Assembly (NCBI GenBank): GCA_963727505.1
Contig: CAVSGP010000004.1
Coordinates: 1,014,598-1,078,597 of the forward strand
Direction of reading: 5' to 3'
DNA length: 64,000 nucleotides
Source: an uncultured Trueperaceae bacterium
GTDB taxonomy: Bacteria; Deinococcota; Deinococci; Deinococcales; Trueperaceae
Shown piece after piece: positions 9,901-22,191 of the stretch. Position 1 is the stretch's first letter. Each line of letters starts with the position of its first letter. The position numbers were made by a program, and so were the translations under genes. The notes beneath the pieces were generated by a model. It had not been told where the DNA came from. It did not search any database and saw only the letters and a list, made by a program, of their open reading frames with translations.

Positions 9901-12186
9901 GGCGACCCAGCCCGCCTCGATCAGCGCTGTCTCGAGATCCTCGTCATGAACGCCCGCGGGATCGAAGACGTCGAGCGCCACGTCGTTGGCCTCGAGGTGC
10001 AACACCGCCATGCGCTCGAAATCCAGGCCCGGGACCTCCAGCGCCAGGCGCGCCAGCACCGGGAAGAAGTCGCTCAGGTCGCCGCCCACCAGGAGCAGGC
10101 GCTCGATATCGGCCAGCAGGGCGTTCAATCGTGCAGCCCGGTCACGCCGCTCCTCCAGCCGGAGGCGCTGGAGCAGTGCGGCGACCTGCAGCCCGTACGC
10201 CTCCGCCATGCCGATCGCCTCGGGAGGGAAGCCGTCCTCCGCGTCCAGATTGTCGAGCCGTAGGGAGGCCTCCACGCGCCCGTTCAGCTCCACCGGCACC
10301 GCGAGCGACACGGCCGGCCCGGGCCCCGCCCGCATCTCGCGTGCCGCGCGCGAGCGCGCCCCGTCGACCCCCCGGTCGAGCGCGTCACCCCGGACCAGTC
10401 GGGGCCCGGGCCGGCCCGGGCCCTCGTGACCGAGGTCGCGCTCGTCGAACCGTGCCCGGGCCAGCGTGGCGGCCTCCGCGCCGGTTGCCGCGGCGAGCGT
10501 GAACCCGCCGTCCGACCCGCGCACCAGGACACAGCCCCCCTGTGCGCCGGGGATCACGCCGACGGCGCGCTCTAGCAGGGCCTGGTAGAACGCGGGGGTG
10601 ACCTCCTGGGCCAGGAGCTCTCTCGTCACATCCAGGAGCGAGGCCTGGTACCTGCGGTAACGCTCGCTCGCCAGCTCGCCGCTGCGCCGGCGGACCGCCG
10701 CCTCGAGTGCAGCGGGGGCCGCACGGAGCGTGTCGACCACCAGGGGCAACCAGCGCGGATGCGGGGCCGGCCACTCGAAGGCCAGCACCCGGGACACGCC
10801 GTCCCCCGCGGATACCGGCAACAGGGCCACGTATCCCACGCCGATGGCCTGCAAGACGTCGCGGTCGCGGGCCGGTACCTCGTCCATGTCTCCCGCGAAA
10901 CCCGGTCGCGTGACGGCCCAATCGAGCAACCGGGACCCGTAGGGTGGGTGCCCGTCGGCCCAGGCGGCAGCTTGCAGGTTCTCCCAGCGACGCGTGCGGG
11001 GGACTCCCGGCGGTTGGCCTCCCGGCCAGCCGCCGGGTGCGGCGTCGAACTCCAGCAGCGCCACCCGGCTGGCGCCGCTGGCGAATCCCAGGCGGGCGAG
11101 CATGCCGTCGACGGCGACCGCCCAGTCCGGCTCCTCCAGGAACTCGCGGGCGGCGGCCTCGGCCGCGGCGAGCACCTCCGCGCGCCGGCCCAACGCATCG
11201 GCCGCGGCGCGCCTCGCCGTCACGTCCCGGATGATGAGGAGCCTCCCTGAATTGGGCAACGGGTGGCTCCTCGCTTCGTAGACCGGGCCAGCGTCGACCG
11301 GCGGCAGCTCCACCGACTCGCGCCCCATGACCGCGAAGTCCCGCCGGATCGACGACAACGGCCGCCCCAACGCGAGCGGGGCGGTCACGCCCAACGCCCG
11401 CTCGGCGGCCGGGTTCACGTCCAGCACGACACCATGCTCGTCTACCAGGATGAGCCCGTCGCCGAGGCCGGCGAACACGTCGCGATACTCGACCGGACCG
11501 CGCAGCTCGGCCCAGCGCCGCTCCATGCCCCAGGCCAGCAGCACCGCGCTCACCCCCAGGCCGACCGGCGTCAGGTCGATCGCGGACAGGGTCCCCAGCG
11601 AGAGGAACCCGTAAGCGGCCACCGCCAGAGACGGCAACGGCGCCAGCGCGAGCAACGCCGCGCCGGCCCGCTCCCTGGGCCGCCCCCGGGGCGTGCCCAG
11701 GGCAAACACCAGCGAGATGGCGATCCCCAGGGCGAATCCCGCCCCGACCCACCAGACCCAGAAGGCGGGTCCGGGGAGGACACCCAAGGAGCTCAGGCCG
11801 ACGACCTCGACCGGCACCAGTGCTCGCCACACCCAGGGGGTGACGGCGGGCGTCCACACCAGGGCGCCGGCACCCACCGCGGGCACCAGCAGGAGGCTGA
11901 CGATCGAGGCCTTGCGGCCCACCAGCCGCAGCGCCGCGATCAGCGCCAGCACAGGCGTGACAGCGGCGGCGCTGAGCGCCAGTCGCACGGTGAGCTCGAG
12001 TTGGGCGTCGGGTGCCCGGGCCCACGAGAGGAGTACCGCGAGCGACCAGGCCACCACGGCGACGGCAAGCGCCCCGAACGCCCGACGGCCGGGCTCCCGC
12101 CGCCGCGCCAGCGACCACCCGATCGCCGGGAAGGCGATCATGGCCGTCAGCAACGGCAACGCCAGCAGCATCAGCTCCAGTTTCAT
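6922..12186 (-). CDS. Membrane-anchored diguanylate cyclase/phosphodiesterase (7TM-PAS-multiple GAF-PAS-GGDEF-EAL)
   Basis: About seven N-terminal TM helices; RGSD I-site, RLGGDEF, EALVRW, DDFGTGFSSL, AEGIE and QGYLF. Confidence 0.93.
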   Translation of the reverse strand: MKLELMLLALPLLTAMIAFPAIGWSLARRREPGRRAFGALAVAVVAWSLAVLLSWARAPDAQLELTVRLALSAAAVTPVLALIAALRLVGRKASIVSLLLVPAVGAGALVWTPAVTPWVWRALVPVEVVGLSSLGVLPGPAFWVWWVGAGFALGIAISLVFALGTPRGRPRERAGAALLALAPLPSLAVAAYGFLSLGTLSAIDLTPVGLGVSAVLLAWGMERRWAELRGPVEYRDVFAGLGDGLILVDEHGVVLDVNPAAERALGVTAPLALGRPLSSIRRDFAVMGRESVELPPVDAGPVYEARSHPLPNSGRLLIIRDVTARRAAADALGRRAEVLAAAEAAAREFLEEPDWAVAVDGMLARLGFASGASRVALLEFDAAPGGWPGGQPPGVPRTRRWENLQAAAWADGHPPYGSRLLDWAVTRPGFAGDMDEVPARDRDVLQAIGVGYVALLPVSAGDGVSRVLAFEWPAPHPRWLPLVVDTLRAAPAALEAAVRRRSGELASERYRRYQASLLDVTRELLAQEVTPAFYQALLERAVGVIPGAQGGCVLVRGSDGGFTLAAATGAEAATLARARFDERDLGHEGPGRPGPRLVRGDALDRGVDGARSRAAREMRAGPGPAVSLAVPVELNGRVEASLRLDNLDAEDGFPPEAIGMAEAYGLQVAALLQRLRLEERRDRAARLNALLADIERLLLVGGDLSDFFPVLARLALEVPGLDFERMAVLHLEANDVALDVFDPAGVHDEDLETALIEAGWVAGTRGPLASLETDPRPRFREHDDGPVAAYAAQPLMLRGQPWGMIVFCAYEPRTFDGHVRDTLAQLSNSIELALVRQHDAEQREWQLAKLEAVVSASEALRGATRRRDVVMRALKAVLEMTRADVCDLYLIDVEADVLRRVGSRADGGRDAYPVGGHPVTRGEGGLAWQVVDEGRTVGVRDAAGLTDVPVPSGAPRPVAFLGTPLRNGEGEIVGVVSALAQAGSRSFEREDTGFLEAIALACGNALDRLALVEQSRGQAAEYRSLFEAAKRQAAELTLLDRVRGAVASELDLQAVFAAAASATVEVLGYRRVGLFAWVGGELVLQHQLGYESASARNALGEVTQVASRVAETGEPLLIGGGANDEATGVGGAPVAAPWQAAVPLVAGDGVVGVLVAEGRAAGSADEDLRMLRALGEQLGVAAERGRLYGVVRQSEQRFRLLAEHMQDLVCLHDPAGRCVYVSPSATTVLGYAPDALVGIDPFTLIHEEDRDRVRKGGRQRLLEGQESVQVGYRFRRADGRYVWLETVAQSVRDERGEVVNFVTSSRDITERKRIEERLVQGALFDELTSLANRVLLLDRLRQALSRAARNESWHFALLFLDLDRFKVVNDSLGHNAGDELLKALAVRLKTCVRGSDTVARLGGDEFCVLIEDVDGPDHATATATRIQSALAEPFTLHGHDIFTSASIGIAFSAPHYRDPQELLRDADIAMYRAKASGKARFAIFDKGMHARALGQMQLETSLHRAPDRNELFLEYQPVYQLRERRLVGVEALVRWQHPERGLVPPSEFVPLAEESGQIVAIDRWVLGQATRQLATWARELDGSVPPPVVSVNVSARHLALQDMDTMLRAALEEAGAPASSLKLEISEGALMSYPEAAAEALTSLHRMGVRVQVDDFGTGFSSLKYLQRLPIDSLKIDGSFVRGIDADAANRDVVSTIVGLARSLGIDAVAEGIEREEELETLLELGCDYGQGYLFAPPLAPDEVARRLQAQGAL

Positions 12187-12443
12187 CGTCCTGCCCCCCG
12201 ACGCAGCGGGGTCCCCCACGTGTGCGGCCTCGGACCGCTCCCGTCGGGACCCGACCGCCAGCGCCCCCCGCACGCGGGGTCCCGGCAGCGTTGGCCCTCC
12301 ATTGTCCCCACGCCTCGCTCCCGATCCCGTGAAATCGCGTACCTGGCCGCACGCACTTCCGCTCGCCGACCCTCCGTGCGGTAGGCTGGACGTCCCCGCC
12401 CCCGCGAGGGGGCCAAAGCCATGCACGGAGGAGAGCCCAAGCG

Positions 12444-12878
12444 ATGAGCAGCTACACAGGCGAACAACGCGCCCTCCTGCTTGACGCCGCCGCGGAGGTC
12501 CTGGTCGCCGCCGTTGCGGCCGAACGGACCGGGCCGATCGGATACTTCCGTGAGATCATGGCTGCCGGACGTTACCTCTACGACGCCCGCCGCCGCTACA
12601 AGGACAACGCCCTCGTACAGGACCTCTTCAGCCATGCCGAGGAGCGCAGCGTCGATCTCGACGACGTGACCCGCGAGAAGCTCCTGACGCGCATCGAGGT
12701 GGTCGGTTCCGTCGTCCACGACGATGAAGAAGGAGCGGAGTTCAAGCGCTTCCTGCTGGAGCTCGCCGAGCGCGTGGCCGACGCGTCGCGCAGCGGGCTC
12801 TTCGGGCGACGCCTGTCGACCAACGAGGCCGCCTTCCTGAGTGAGCTGAAGGAACACCTCCGCCTCCCGGACGCCTAG
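12444..12878 (+). CDS. Hypothetical helical protein (weakly TerB-like C-terminus)
   Basis: GGAGG RBS; protein-like composition ending ..AERVADASRSGLFGRRLSTNEAAFLSEL. Confidence 0.75.
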   Translation: MSSYTGEQRALLLDAAAEVLVAAVAAERTGPIGYFREIMAAGRYLYDARRRYKDNALVQDLFSHAEERSVDLDDVTREKLLTRIEVVGSVVHDDEEGAEFKRFLLELAERVADASRSGLFGRRLSTNEAAFLSELKEHLRLPDA

Positions 12879-12893
12879 CGCCACCGGCGGCGG

Positions 12894-13442
12894 TCACCGG
12901 CCCGGGCCGGGATCGAAGCCTTTCTCCCTGTTGAAGCGGGCCGTCTCCCCCTTGGGGATCGACAGCGTTCGCCAGCGCTCACCGCGCGCATGCTTGGCGA
13001 GCAGCACGATCTGGCCCACGTGCTGCGCTGTGTGCGTGAGCTGCCGCAGGAGCGCGCCCGGAACGGTGTGCGGCTCGCCCCGAATCCGGATCTCGCCCGA
13101 GAGGTCTTCCGCGGTGAGGGCGTCGAGTTCGCTCAGGGCTACCGACCAGGCCTCCTCCCACCAGCGCACGACCTCGGCCACGGTCACCGCCTCGACCTCG
13201 AACTCGCTGTCGCGGTCGCGTTCGGGCTTCTCTCCGTCGCTTCGAAGGAAGTCCGTCCAGCGTGACAGCATGTTCCCCCGCAGGTGTTTGACGATGACCG
13301 CGATGCTGTTGCCGCCGGGGTCCGGCCGCAGGGTCACGTCGGCGTCCTCGAGCTGCCCCAACGCGCCGTCGCCCAGCACCTTCTGCGAGCGGAACGAGGC
13401 CTTCGTTTCGTCGAGACACACCGTCAGCAGGGACTGCTCCAT
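12894..13442 (-). CDS. DUF1572/DinB-superfamily protein
   Basis: NSIAVIVKHLRGNMLSRWTDFL..DGEK..RDRDSEF and HTAQHVGQIV. Confidence 0.88.
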   Translation of the reverse strand: MEQSLLTVCLDETKASFRSQKVLGDGALGQLEDADVTLRPDPGGNSIAVIVKHLRGNMLSRWTDFLRSDGEKPERDRDSEFEVEAVTVAEVVRWWEEAWSVALSELDALTAEDLSGEIRIRGEPHTVPGALLRQLTHTAQHVGQIVLLAKHARGERWRTLSIPKGETARFNREKGFDPGPGR

Positions 13443-13484
13443 TCTCGTCCTCCTCCTGCGTTCCTGGAGTCGCTTCCCCTCAGC

Positions 13485-14663
13485 CTACCGAACGCCAGAT
13501 CCGGCGCCCCGATCGTCGGCGACCTGCAACGGCTTGCGCAAGCTGCGCCACAGCAACGCCACCACGCCGCAGAGCGTCAGCACGAGCGACCCGAGCGCCA
13601 GCGGCACGCTCGCCGTGCCGGCGAACGCGACCGCCCACCCGATGGCGGGCGCCGTGAGGACAGGGCCCAGATTGGCGACCGCGATCACCAGCGGGGCGAT
13701 CTGCTCGGCCCGCTGCGGGAACACCTCCTGCAACCACGCCAGCGCGGTCGGGAAGACGGGCGCGAAAGCGAAGCCCACCAGCGCGTAGGCGAGTGGCGCC
13801 AGCACCCCCACGGTCGCCGTCCACGCCGCGACGAGCGCCAGAAGCACGGCGCCGAACACCATGTCCGACGGACGCAGCCGGTCGGACAGCGCGGCCGCCA
13901 CGAAGCGACCGATCGTGAGCGCCCCCCAGTAGAGCCCGGTGAAGAACGCGGCGCGCACATCGCCGAACAGCGGGGCAAGGTAGGTCGGCTCCCAACTCGC
14001 CACGCCGACCTCGGAAGCGACGTAGAGGAAGTACAGCAGCATGAATCCCACCATCGGGCCCCGGGGCGCCCGCAGCACCCCGGCGGGGACCACCAGCGGC
14101 CTCGGCATCGGAGCCCGGAGGGCGAACAGGGCCGAGACGACGGTGAGGGCGGCAACCAGCAGGAAGGCCGGGGCAACGCGGGGCGCCAGCAGCCCTATCA
14201 GCACCGGTCCCGCCACCGCGCCAAGGCCGAAGGCGGCATTGAGGAGGTTCAGCGCGCCGGTCGCACGCGCGCCGTACCAGCGCGCGAACAGCAGGTTGGT
14301 GGCCACGTCGAGCAACCCGAAGCCGAGGCCGCCCAGCAATGCGGAAGCCAGCGTGAAGGTCCAGAGCGGGCTGAGCGCCACGCCGGCGGCCCCCAGGGAG
14401 AGCAGGAGCGCTCCGCCAAGCAGGAGTCGGCGGTAGCCGAAGCGCGCGAGCAGCATCCCGCTGGCCGCGATGGTGACGAACGATCCGAGGAAGTGGGCGC
14501 TCACCACCGCGCCCACCTGGCCCACTCCGACGCCGAAGCGCGCCAGGAAGGCCGGGAACGAGGGGCCGTACATCGCCTGCACGGCCCCGATCGCGAGGAA
14601 CGTCAAGGTCCCCGCAACGAAGAGCACCCGCCGCTCCGGAGTGTCGACCAGGCCTCGCAGCAT
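13485..14663 (-). CDS. MFS transporter
   Basis: About 12 TM segments with an RFGYRR loop. Start placed at ATG 14663, 7 nt after a TACCAT -10 box. Confidence 0.88.
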   Translation of the reverse strand: MLRGLVDTPERRVLFVAGTLTFLAIGAVQAMYGPSFPAFLARFGVGVGQVGAVVSAHFLGSFVTIAASGMLLARFGYRRLLLGGALLLSLGAAGVALSPLWTFTLASALLGGLGFGLLDVATNLLFARWYGARATGALNLLNAAFGLGAVAGPVLIGLLAPRVAPAFLLVAALTVVSALFALRAPMPRPLVVPAGVLRAPRGPMVGFMLLYFLYVASEVGVASWEPTYLAPLFGDVRAAFFTGLYWGALTIGRFVAAALSDRLRPSDMVFGAVLLALVAAWTATVGVLAPLAYALVGFAFAPVFPTALAWLQEVFPQRAEQIAPLVIAVANLGPVLTAPAIGWAVAFAGTASVPLALGSLVLTLCGVVALLWRSLRKPLQVADDRGAGSGVR

Positions 14664-14747
14664 GCCCCCCATGGTACGCCGAGGGACCGGGCCCGGGACG
14701 GGCCGTCGGCGTGCCGGCGCCGACCGGGAGAGCGCCTCCGGGCCGGG

Positions 14748-14753
14748 TATAAT
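14748..14753 (+). promoter_or_regulatory. -10 box of alaS operon
   Basis: TATAAT followed by a GGGAGG RBS and GTG at 14784. Confidence 0.6.
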
Positions 14754-14783
14754 GCTGCCTCAGTGCGAGCGGGAGGCACCAAC

Positions 14784-17474
<2,691 letters not shown>

Positions 17475-17481
17475 TCCGACG

Positions 17482-18345
17482 GTGGCGTCCGCCCTGCGCA
17501 CCGGAGCGTTGCCGCGCTTGGTCGCGCTCGATCTCGACGGCACGCTCCTGACCAGCGACAAGCGCGTGACGCCACGAGCCCGTGCCGCCATCGGCCAGCT
17601 GGCGGCACGGGGCGTGCGCGTGGTGGTGTGCACCGGGCGGCCGCCCCGCAGCGCGCTGGGCTACGTGGCCGAGCTCGGCCTCGGCCACCGTTTCGTATGC
17701 TTCAACGGTGCCGCCATGGCCGATCCGTCGGGCGGGGCGCTCCACGTCCGTCACCATCTCGACCCGGCAGCGGCGCGCGCGGCCTTGGGGCGCCTGCGTG
17801 AGGCCTTCCCGGAGCTGATGGCGGGGCTGGAGACCGAACACGGCTGGTTCCTCGACCCCGCGCTCTACCGTCTGAGGTCGTCCGAGGCCCGACTCGGGCC
17901 AGAGGAACCGACCGGCGTCGGACCGGTGGAGGACTTCCTGGACGGCGGAGCCATCAAGCTCTTCGTGCGCCGCGAAGGAACGGACGCCGCCGCCCTTGCC
18001 GGCGTCGTCGACGGCCTTCCGCTCTACCGCACCTGGAGCTCGCCCACCATGCTCGAGCTGCTCGACCCGCACGTGGACAAGCGCGGCGCCCTGCAGGAAC
18101 TCTGCTCCGGCCTCGGCATCGACCGGAGCGAGGTGGCAGCCTTCGGCGACCAGCGCAACGACGTCGAGATGATCCGCTGGGCGGGGATCGGCGTCGCCGT
18201 GGCCAACGCCGCTCCCGCTGCCCGGGAGGCTGCCGACCTGATCGTCGCGAGCAACGACGCAGACGCCGTGGCGCAGACGCTCGAGGAGTGGCTGACGGCC
18301 GCAGGGCCCCTGGGCCCACACGAAGCGCCCACGACGGGACGGTAG
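17482..18345 (+). CDS. Cof-type HAD hydrolase
   Basis: DLDGTLL, CTGR, K motif and FGDQRNDVEM. Confidence 0.92.
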   Translation: MASALRTGALPRLVALDLDGTLLTSDKRVTPRARAAIGQLAARGVRVVVCTGRPPRSALGYVAELGLGHRFVCFNGAAMADPSGGALHVRHHLDPAAARAALGRLREAFPELMAGLETEHGWFLDPALYRLRSSEARLGPEEPTGVGPVEDFLDGGAIKLFVRREGTDAAALAGVVDGLPLYRTWSSPTMLELLDPHVDKRGALQELCSGLGIDRSEVAAFGDQRNDVEMIRWAGIGVAVANAAPAAREAADLIVASNDADAVAQTLEEWLTAAGPLGPHEAPTTGR

Positions 18346-18346
18346 C

Positions 18347-18850
18347 GTGGGCTTCGTGGTCCTCGGACTCGACGTCGGACGCGCTCGCATCGGCGTGGCG
18401 CGCGCCGAGAGCGGCACCGGCCTGGCGTTCGGGCGCGGGGCCATCGGTCGTCGCGGCACCGTCGCCGACGTCGAGGCGGTACGCGCCCTGGCGGACGCGG
18501 AGGGCGCGACCCTCATCGTCGTGGGCCTGCCCCGCCCCACGCGGGGCCAGGAGTCGTCGCAGACGCGGCTGGTCCGGGCGTTCGCGGCGGCCCTGAGCCG
18601 GGCCGGTATGGACGTGGTCTTCGAAGACGAACGCTTCACCACCGCCCTCTCGGAACGCCAGCTCCGCGAGGCAGCCCTCCCGCGAGCCAAGCGGCGCGCC
18701 AAGGGTGCGGTCGACGAGGCGTCGGCGATCCTGATCCTGGAGAGCTACCTGGCGCGCGCGGACGCCGCACCGGAGGGCGACGGCCCGTCCGAGCGCAACG
18801 ACGGGTCGAGCGATCCCGACGCCGATTCCGGCGACGCGCGGGAGCGCTGA
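18347..18850 (+). CDS. ruvX: YqgF/RuvX pre-16S rRNA nuclease
   Basis: LGLDVG..RIGVA, DERFTT and VDEASAILILE; alaS-ruvX-mltG synteny. Confidence 0.93.
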   Translation: MGFVVLGLDVGRARIGVARAESGTGLAFGRGAIGRRGTVADVEAVRALADAEGATLIVVGLPRPTRGQESSQTRLVRAFAAALSRAGMDVVFEDERFTTALSERQLREAALPRAKRRAKGAVDEASAILILESYLARADAAPEGDGPSERNDGSSDPDADSGDARER

Positions 18851-18854
18851 CGCA

Positions 18855-20015
18855 ATGCCCGACGAACCGCGCCCAGAGCCGCAGCACGACGGTGTCCCGC
18901 ACGGCACGGCGGAGCCCGCCCAGGACGCGGCCGCTCCGGTCGACGACCGTGACGCGGGCGGATCGGGCATCCCACCGCGATGGCGTCGCGCCCGGCCCTG
19001 GGTCCTGAGCGCGCTCGGCGCGCTGATGGTGCTGGTGGCCGCGGCGCTGGTGGTCGCCTACGAGCTCACGCCGCCGAGCGCCACCCCCTCGGCGGTGACC
19101 TTCGACGTGAAGCCTGGCTGGGGCGGCAAGGAGGTGGCGGCCGTGCTGCAACGCGAAGGGTTGGTGCGCAACGGCCGCATCTTCGAGCTCTACTTGCGCG
19201 CTCGCGGGCTCGACCGGAGCATCGGCGAGGGCCTCTACGACCTGAGCCCCGCGATGAACGCGGCGCAGATCGCGGCCGCCCTCGAGAAGGGCGGGCGGCC
19301 CCGCACCGTTCACGTCGTCATCCCCGAGGGGTGGCGGGCGAGCCGCATCGCCCAGGCGTTGCACGACGCGGGGCTCGGGACCGCAGACGCCTTCCTGGCG
19401 CTGGTCCGGACTCCGGGCGACCTGCGCCCCGGCTTCGTACCTTCAGCTGACGGGCTCGAGGGCTACCTCTTCCCCGCCGCCTACGACATCCCGGTCGAGA
19501 GCTCGCCGAGGGACATCCTGGAGCTCATGCTGCAGCGCTTCCGGCAGGAACTCGACGGGTCCACCGAAGAACAGCTCCGGGCTCGCGGGATGTCGGTCCA
19601 CGCCTGGGTCACGCTCGCCAGCATGGTCCAGGCGGAGGCCGCCAACCCCGGCGAGATGCCGATCATCGCCGGCATCTTCCTGAATCGCCTCGATCTCGGC
19701 ATGCCGCTGCAGTCGGATCCGACAGTGGCCTACGGTATGAACAAGCCCCTGCCCCAGCTCGAGGCCAAGGATCTGCAGCAGGACAACCCCTGGAACACCT
19801 ACACCCGCGCCGGCCTCCCCAGGGGCCCCATCGACAGCCCCGGCCACGCCGCCCTACGCTCGGTGCTCGACCCCGTGCGGACCAACGACCGCGGCGAGCG
19901 CTACCTCTACTTCCTGCACGCCGAATCCAACGGCAAGACCGTGTTCCGGCCCAACACGACCCTGCAGGCGCACAACGAGGACGTCCGGCGCTTCCTCCAA
20001 GGCAGCGCTCCCTGA
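18855..20015 (+). CDS. mltG: Endolytic transglycosylase MltG
   Basis: Single TM; LEGYLFP, LASMVQAE, NRLDLGMPLQSDPT and NTY..GLP.GPI. Confidence 0.95.
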   Translation: MPDEPRPEPQHDGVPHGTAEPAQDAAAPVDDRDAGGSGIPPRWRRARPWVLSALGALMVLVAAALVVAYELTPPSATPSAVTFDVKPGWGGKEVAAVLQREGLVRNGRIFELYLRARGLDRSIGEGLYDLSPAMNAAQIAAALEKGGRPRTVHVVIPEGWRASRIAQALHDAGLGTADAFLALVRTPGDLRPGFVPSADGLEGYLFPAAYDIPVESSPRDILELMLQRFRQELDGSTEEQLRARGMSVHAWVTLASMVQAEAANPGEMPIIAGIFLNRLDLGMPLQSDPTVAYGMNKPLPQLEAKDLQQDNPWNTYTRAGLPRGPIDSPGHAALRSVLDPVRTNDRGERYLYFLHAESNGKTVFRPNTTLQAHNEDVRRFLQGSAP

Positions 20016-20102
20016 CGAGATCGGTGTCCCCGGCGGCCCCGCGGAAGCTCCCTACACCCTCGCCGGAGCGCAGGCGCGCTGTGTCCCTCATCCCGACGCG
20101 CG

Positions 20103-20132
20103 TTGACGCTCCGTGGACAATGCGAATACCAT
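20103..20132 (+). promoter_or_regulatory. Putative sigma70-type promoter of TRAP membrane genes
   Basis: TTGACG-18 nt-TACCAT. Confidence 0.5.
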
Positions 20133-20180
20133 GCTGTCAATCGACCACCCGACAATCGGGTCCTTCGAAGGAGCGCGACC

Positions 20181-20789
20181 TTGAAGTTCTTCCTTGCGGT
20201 GGCCAGAGGCATCGACGCGTTCACAACGGTGATCGGCAAGATCATGTGGTGGCTGACGCTGTTCATGGTTCTGGTGGGCGTCTACAACGTCTTGACACGC
20301 TACGGCTACGGCGTGGTGGCCGCGATCTTCGGTGACAGCATCGCGGAGAAGGCCAGCGGCAACACCTACCTGGAGCTCCAGACATACGCCTACGACATGG
20401 TGTTCCTGCTGGGAGCGGCCTACGTCTTCCGGACCGACGGCCACGTGCGGGTCGACGTGGTGTTCTCGACCCTGAGGGCGCGCGTCAAGGCCTGGATCGA
20501 CATCGTCGCGACCGTACTGTTCCTGGTGCCCTTCAGCATGATGGGCATCTTCTTCAGCCACCGCTATGTGGCGTCGAGCTGGCGCGCCCACGAGATGAGT
20601 CCCAATCCCGGCGGCCTGGCCCGCTACCCCATCAAGACCGTCATCATCATCGCCTTCGCCTTGCTGATCGCGCAGGGCATCAGCGAGATCATCAAGAACA
20701 TCGCCTACCTGTCGGGCCGGAAGGGGTCGGGCAGCATGTACGCCATGGACGAAGAGGACGTGCAAGAAGAGAGTGCGGTGCGCGCCTGA
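20181..20789 (+). CDS. TRAP transporter small permease (DctQ)
   Basis: Four TMs, GHVRVDV and SPNPGGL; TTG start after an AAGGAG RBS. Confidence 0.92.
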   Translation: MKFFLAVARGIDAFTTVIGKIMWWLTLFMVLVGVYNVLTRYGYGVVAAIFGDSIAEKASGNTYLELQTYAYDMVFLLGAAYVFRTDGHVRVDVVFSTLRARVKAWIDIVATVLFLVPFSMMGIFFSHRYVASSWRAHEMSPNPGGLARYPIKTVIIIAFALLIAQGISEIIKNIAYLSGRKGSGSMYAMDEEDVQEESAVRA

Positions 20790-22159
20790 TGCTCGGCCTA
20801 TGGATGTTCGCCGGCGCCGTCGTCCTGCTGCTCATCGGCTACCCGGTTGCGTTCAGCCTGGGCGGCACGGCGGTCCTGTTCACCTTCATCGGGAGCGACT
20901 TCACCGAGAAGTTCCTGGGCTTCAGCCTTCCCTGGCACCCCATCTTCAATGTGGCCCGCCTCAACATCCTGCCGCAGCGCATCTTCGGCAACATCATGGA
21001 CAACTACACCCTGGTGGCGGTGCCGTTCTTCGTGTTCATGGGCGTCATGCTGGAGAAGTCTGGCCTGGCCGAGGAGCTGCTCGAAACGATGGGAATCCTT
21101 TTCGGGAGCCTTCGCGGCGGCCTGGCCATCTCGGTGGTCGCCGTCGGCGCCCTGCTGGCGGCCTCGACCGGGGTCGTCGGCGCCTCGGTCGTGACGATGG
21201 GCGTGCTGGCGCTGCCGGTGATGCTCAAGTACAACTACAGCAAGCCGCTGGCGACAGGGGTCGTCGCCGCGTCGGGAACGCTCGGCCAGATCATCCCTCC
21301 CAGCATCGTGCTGGTGATCCTGGGCGACCAGCTCGGGGTATCGGTGGGCGACCTCTTCCTCGGCTCGTTCATCCCGGGGCTCGTGCTGGCCGGCCTGTAC
21401 ATGGTGTGGGTGGCCCTCGTGGCCATCCTCCGGCCCAAGGAAGCACCCGCTCTGCCCAAGGAAGCGCGGAACATCTCCGGCGGGGAGCTCGCGTTCAAGG
21501 TCATCAAGAACCTCATCCCGCCGCTGTTCCTGATCCTGCTGGTGCTGGGCACCATCTTCTTCGGCATCGCCACGCCCACCGAGGCGGGCGCCATGGGCGC
21601 GGTCGGCGCCATGCTGCTGGCCATCGCCAACCGGCGGCTCACCCTCCGCAACCTCATCAACACCATGGATCAGACGCTGAAGCTCACCAGCATGGTGTTC
21701 ATGATCCTGGTGGGCGCCACCGCCTTCTCCATGGTGTTCCGGGCTTTGCACGGCGACGTGGCCGTCGACAATTTCCTGACCAACCTGCCATGGGGCAGCT
21801 TCGGCTTCGTGCTCTTCACGATGCTGGCGATCTTCCTGCTCGGGTTCTTCATCGACTTCATCGAGATCACCTTCATCGTGGTGCCGCTCATCGCCCCCAT
21901 CGCCTTGCGCATGTTCGGTCCGGACATGATGGTGTGGTTCGGCGTGGTCATCGCCATGAACCTCCAGGCGTCGTTCCTGACCCCGCCGTTCGGCTTCGCG
22001 CTGTTCTACCTCAAGGGGGTCGCCCCTCCCGAAGTGCGCACCGTCGACATCTACCGGGGCATCATCCCGTTCGTGGTGATCCAGGTGATCGCGGTGGTGA
22101 TCATCGCCCTGGCGCCGGGCATCGTGCAGCTGCTTCCGGCGCTGGCCGCCGGACACTGA
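20789..22159 (+). CDS. TRAP transporter large permease (DctM)
   Basis: GTLGQIIPPS, ATPTEAG and SFLTPPFG; TGATG coupling. Confidence 0.95.
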   Translation: MLGLWMFAGAVVLLLIGYPVAFSLGGTAVLFTFIGSDFTEKFLGFSLPWHPIFNVARLNILPQRIFGNIMDNYTLVAVPFFVFMGVMLEKSGLAEELLETMGILFGSLRGGLAISVVAVGALLAASTGVVGASVVTMGVLALPVMLKYNYSKPLATGVVAASGTLGQIIPPSIVLVILGDQLGVSVGDLFLGSFIPGLVLAGLYMVWVALVAILRPKEAPALPKEARNISGGELAFKVIKNLIPPLFLILLVLGTIFFGIATPTEAGAMGAVGAMLLAIANRRLTLRNLINTMDQTLKLTSMVFMILVGATAFSMVFRALHGDVAVDNFLTNLPWGSFGFVLFTMLAIFLLGFFIDFIEITFIVVPLIAPIALRMFGPDMMVWFGVVIAMNLQASFLTPPFGFALFYLKGVAPPEVRTVDIYRGIIPFVVIQVIAVVIIALAPGIVQLLPALAAGH

Positions 22160-22191
22160 CCAGCCGGCGTTACCGCTCCCACCTGCCAACG

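Noticed and set aside
7252..10263. 1003 aa + ORF
   Set aside because: Antisense shadow of the GGDEF-EAL gene.
12391..12425. Possible c-di-GMP-I riboswitch (GNRA hairpin followed by CAAAGCC)
   Set aside because: Lacks the upstream GGCAAA and the second conserved hairpin; only superficial similarity.
13284..14783. Apparent 500 aa N-terminal fusion to AlaRS
   Set aside because: Antisense to the MFS gene; the real start has its own -10 and RBS at 14748-14784.
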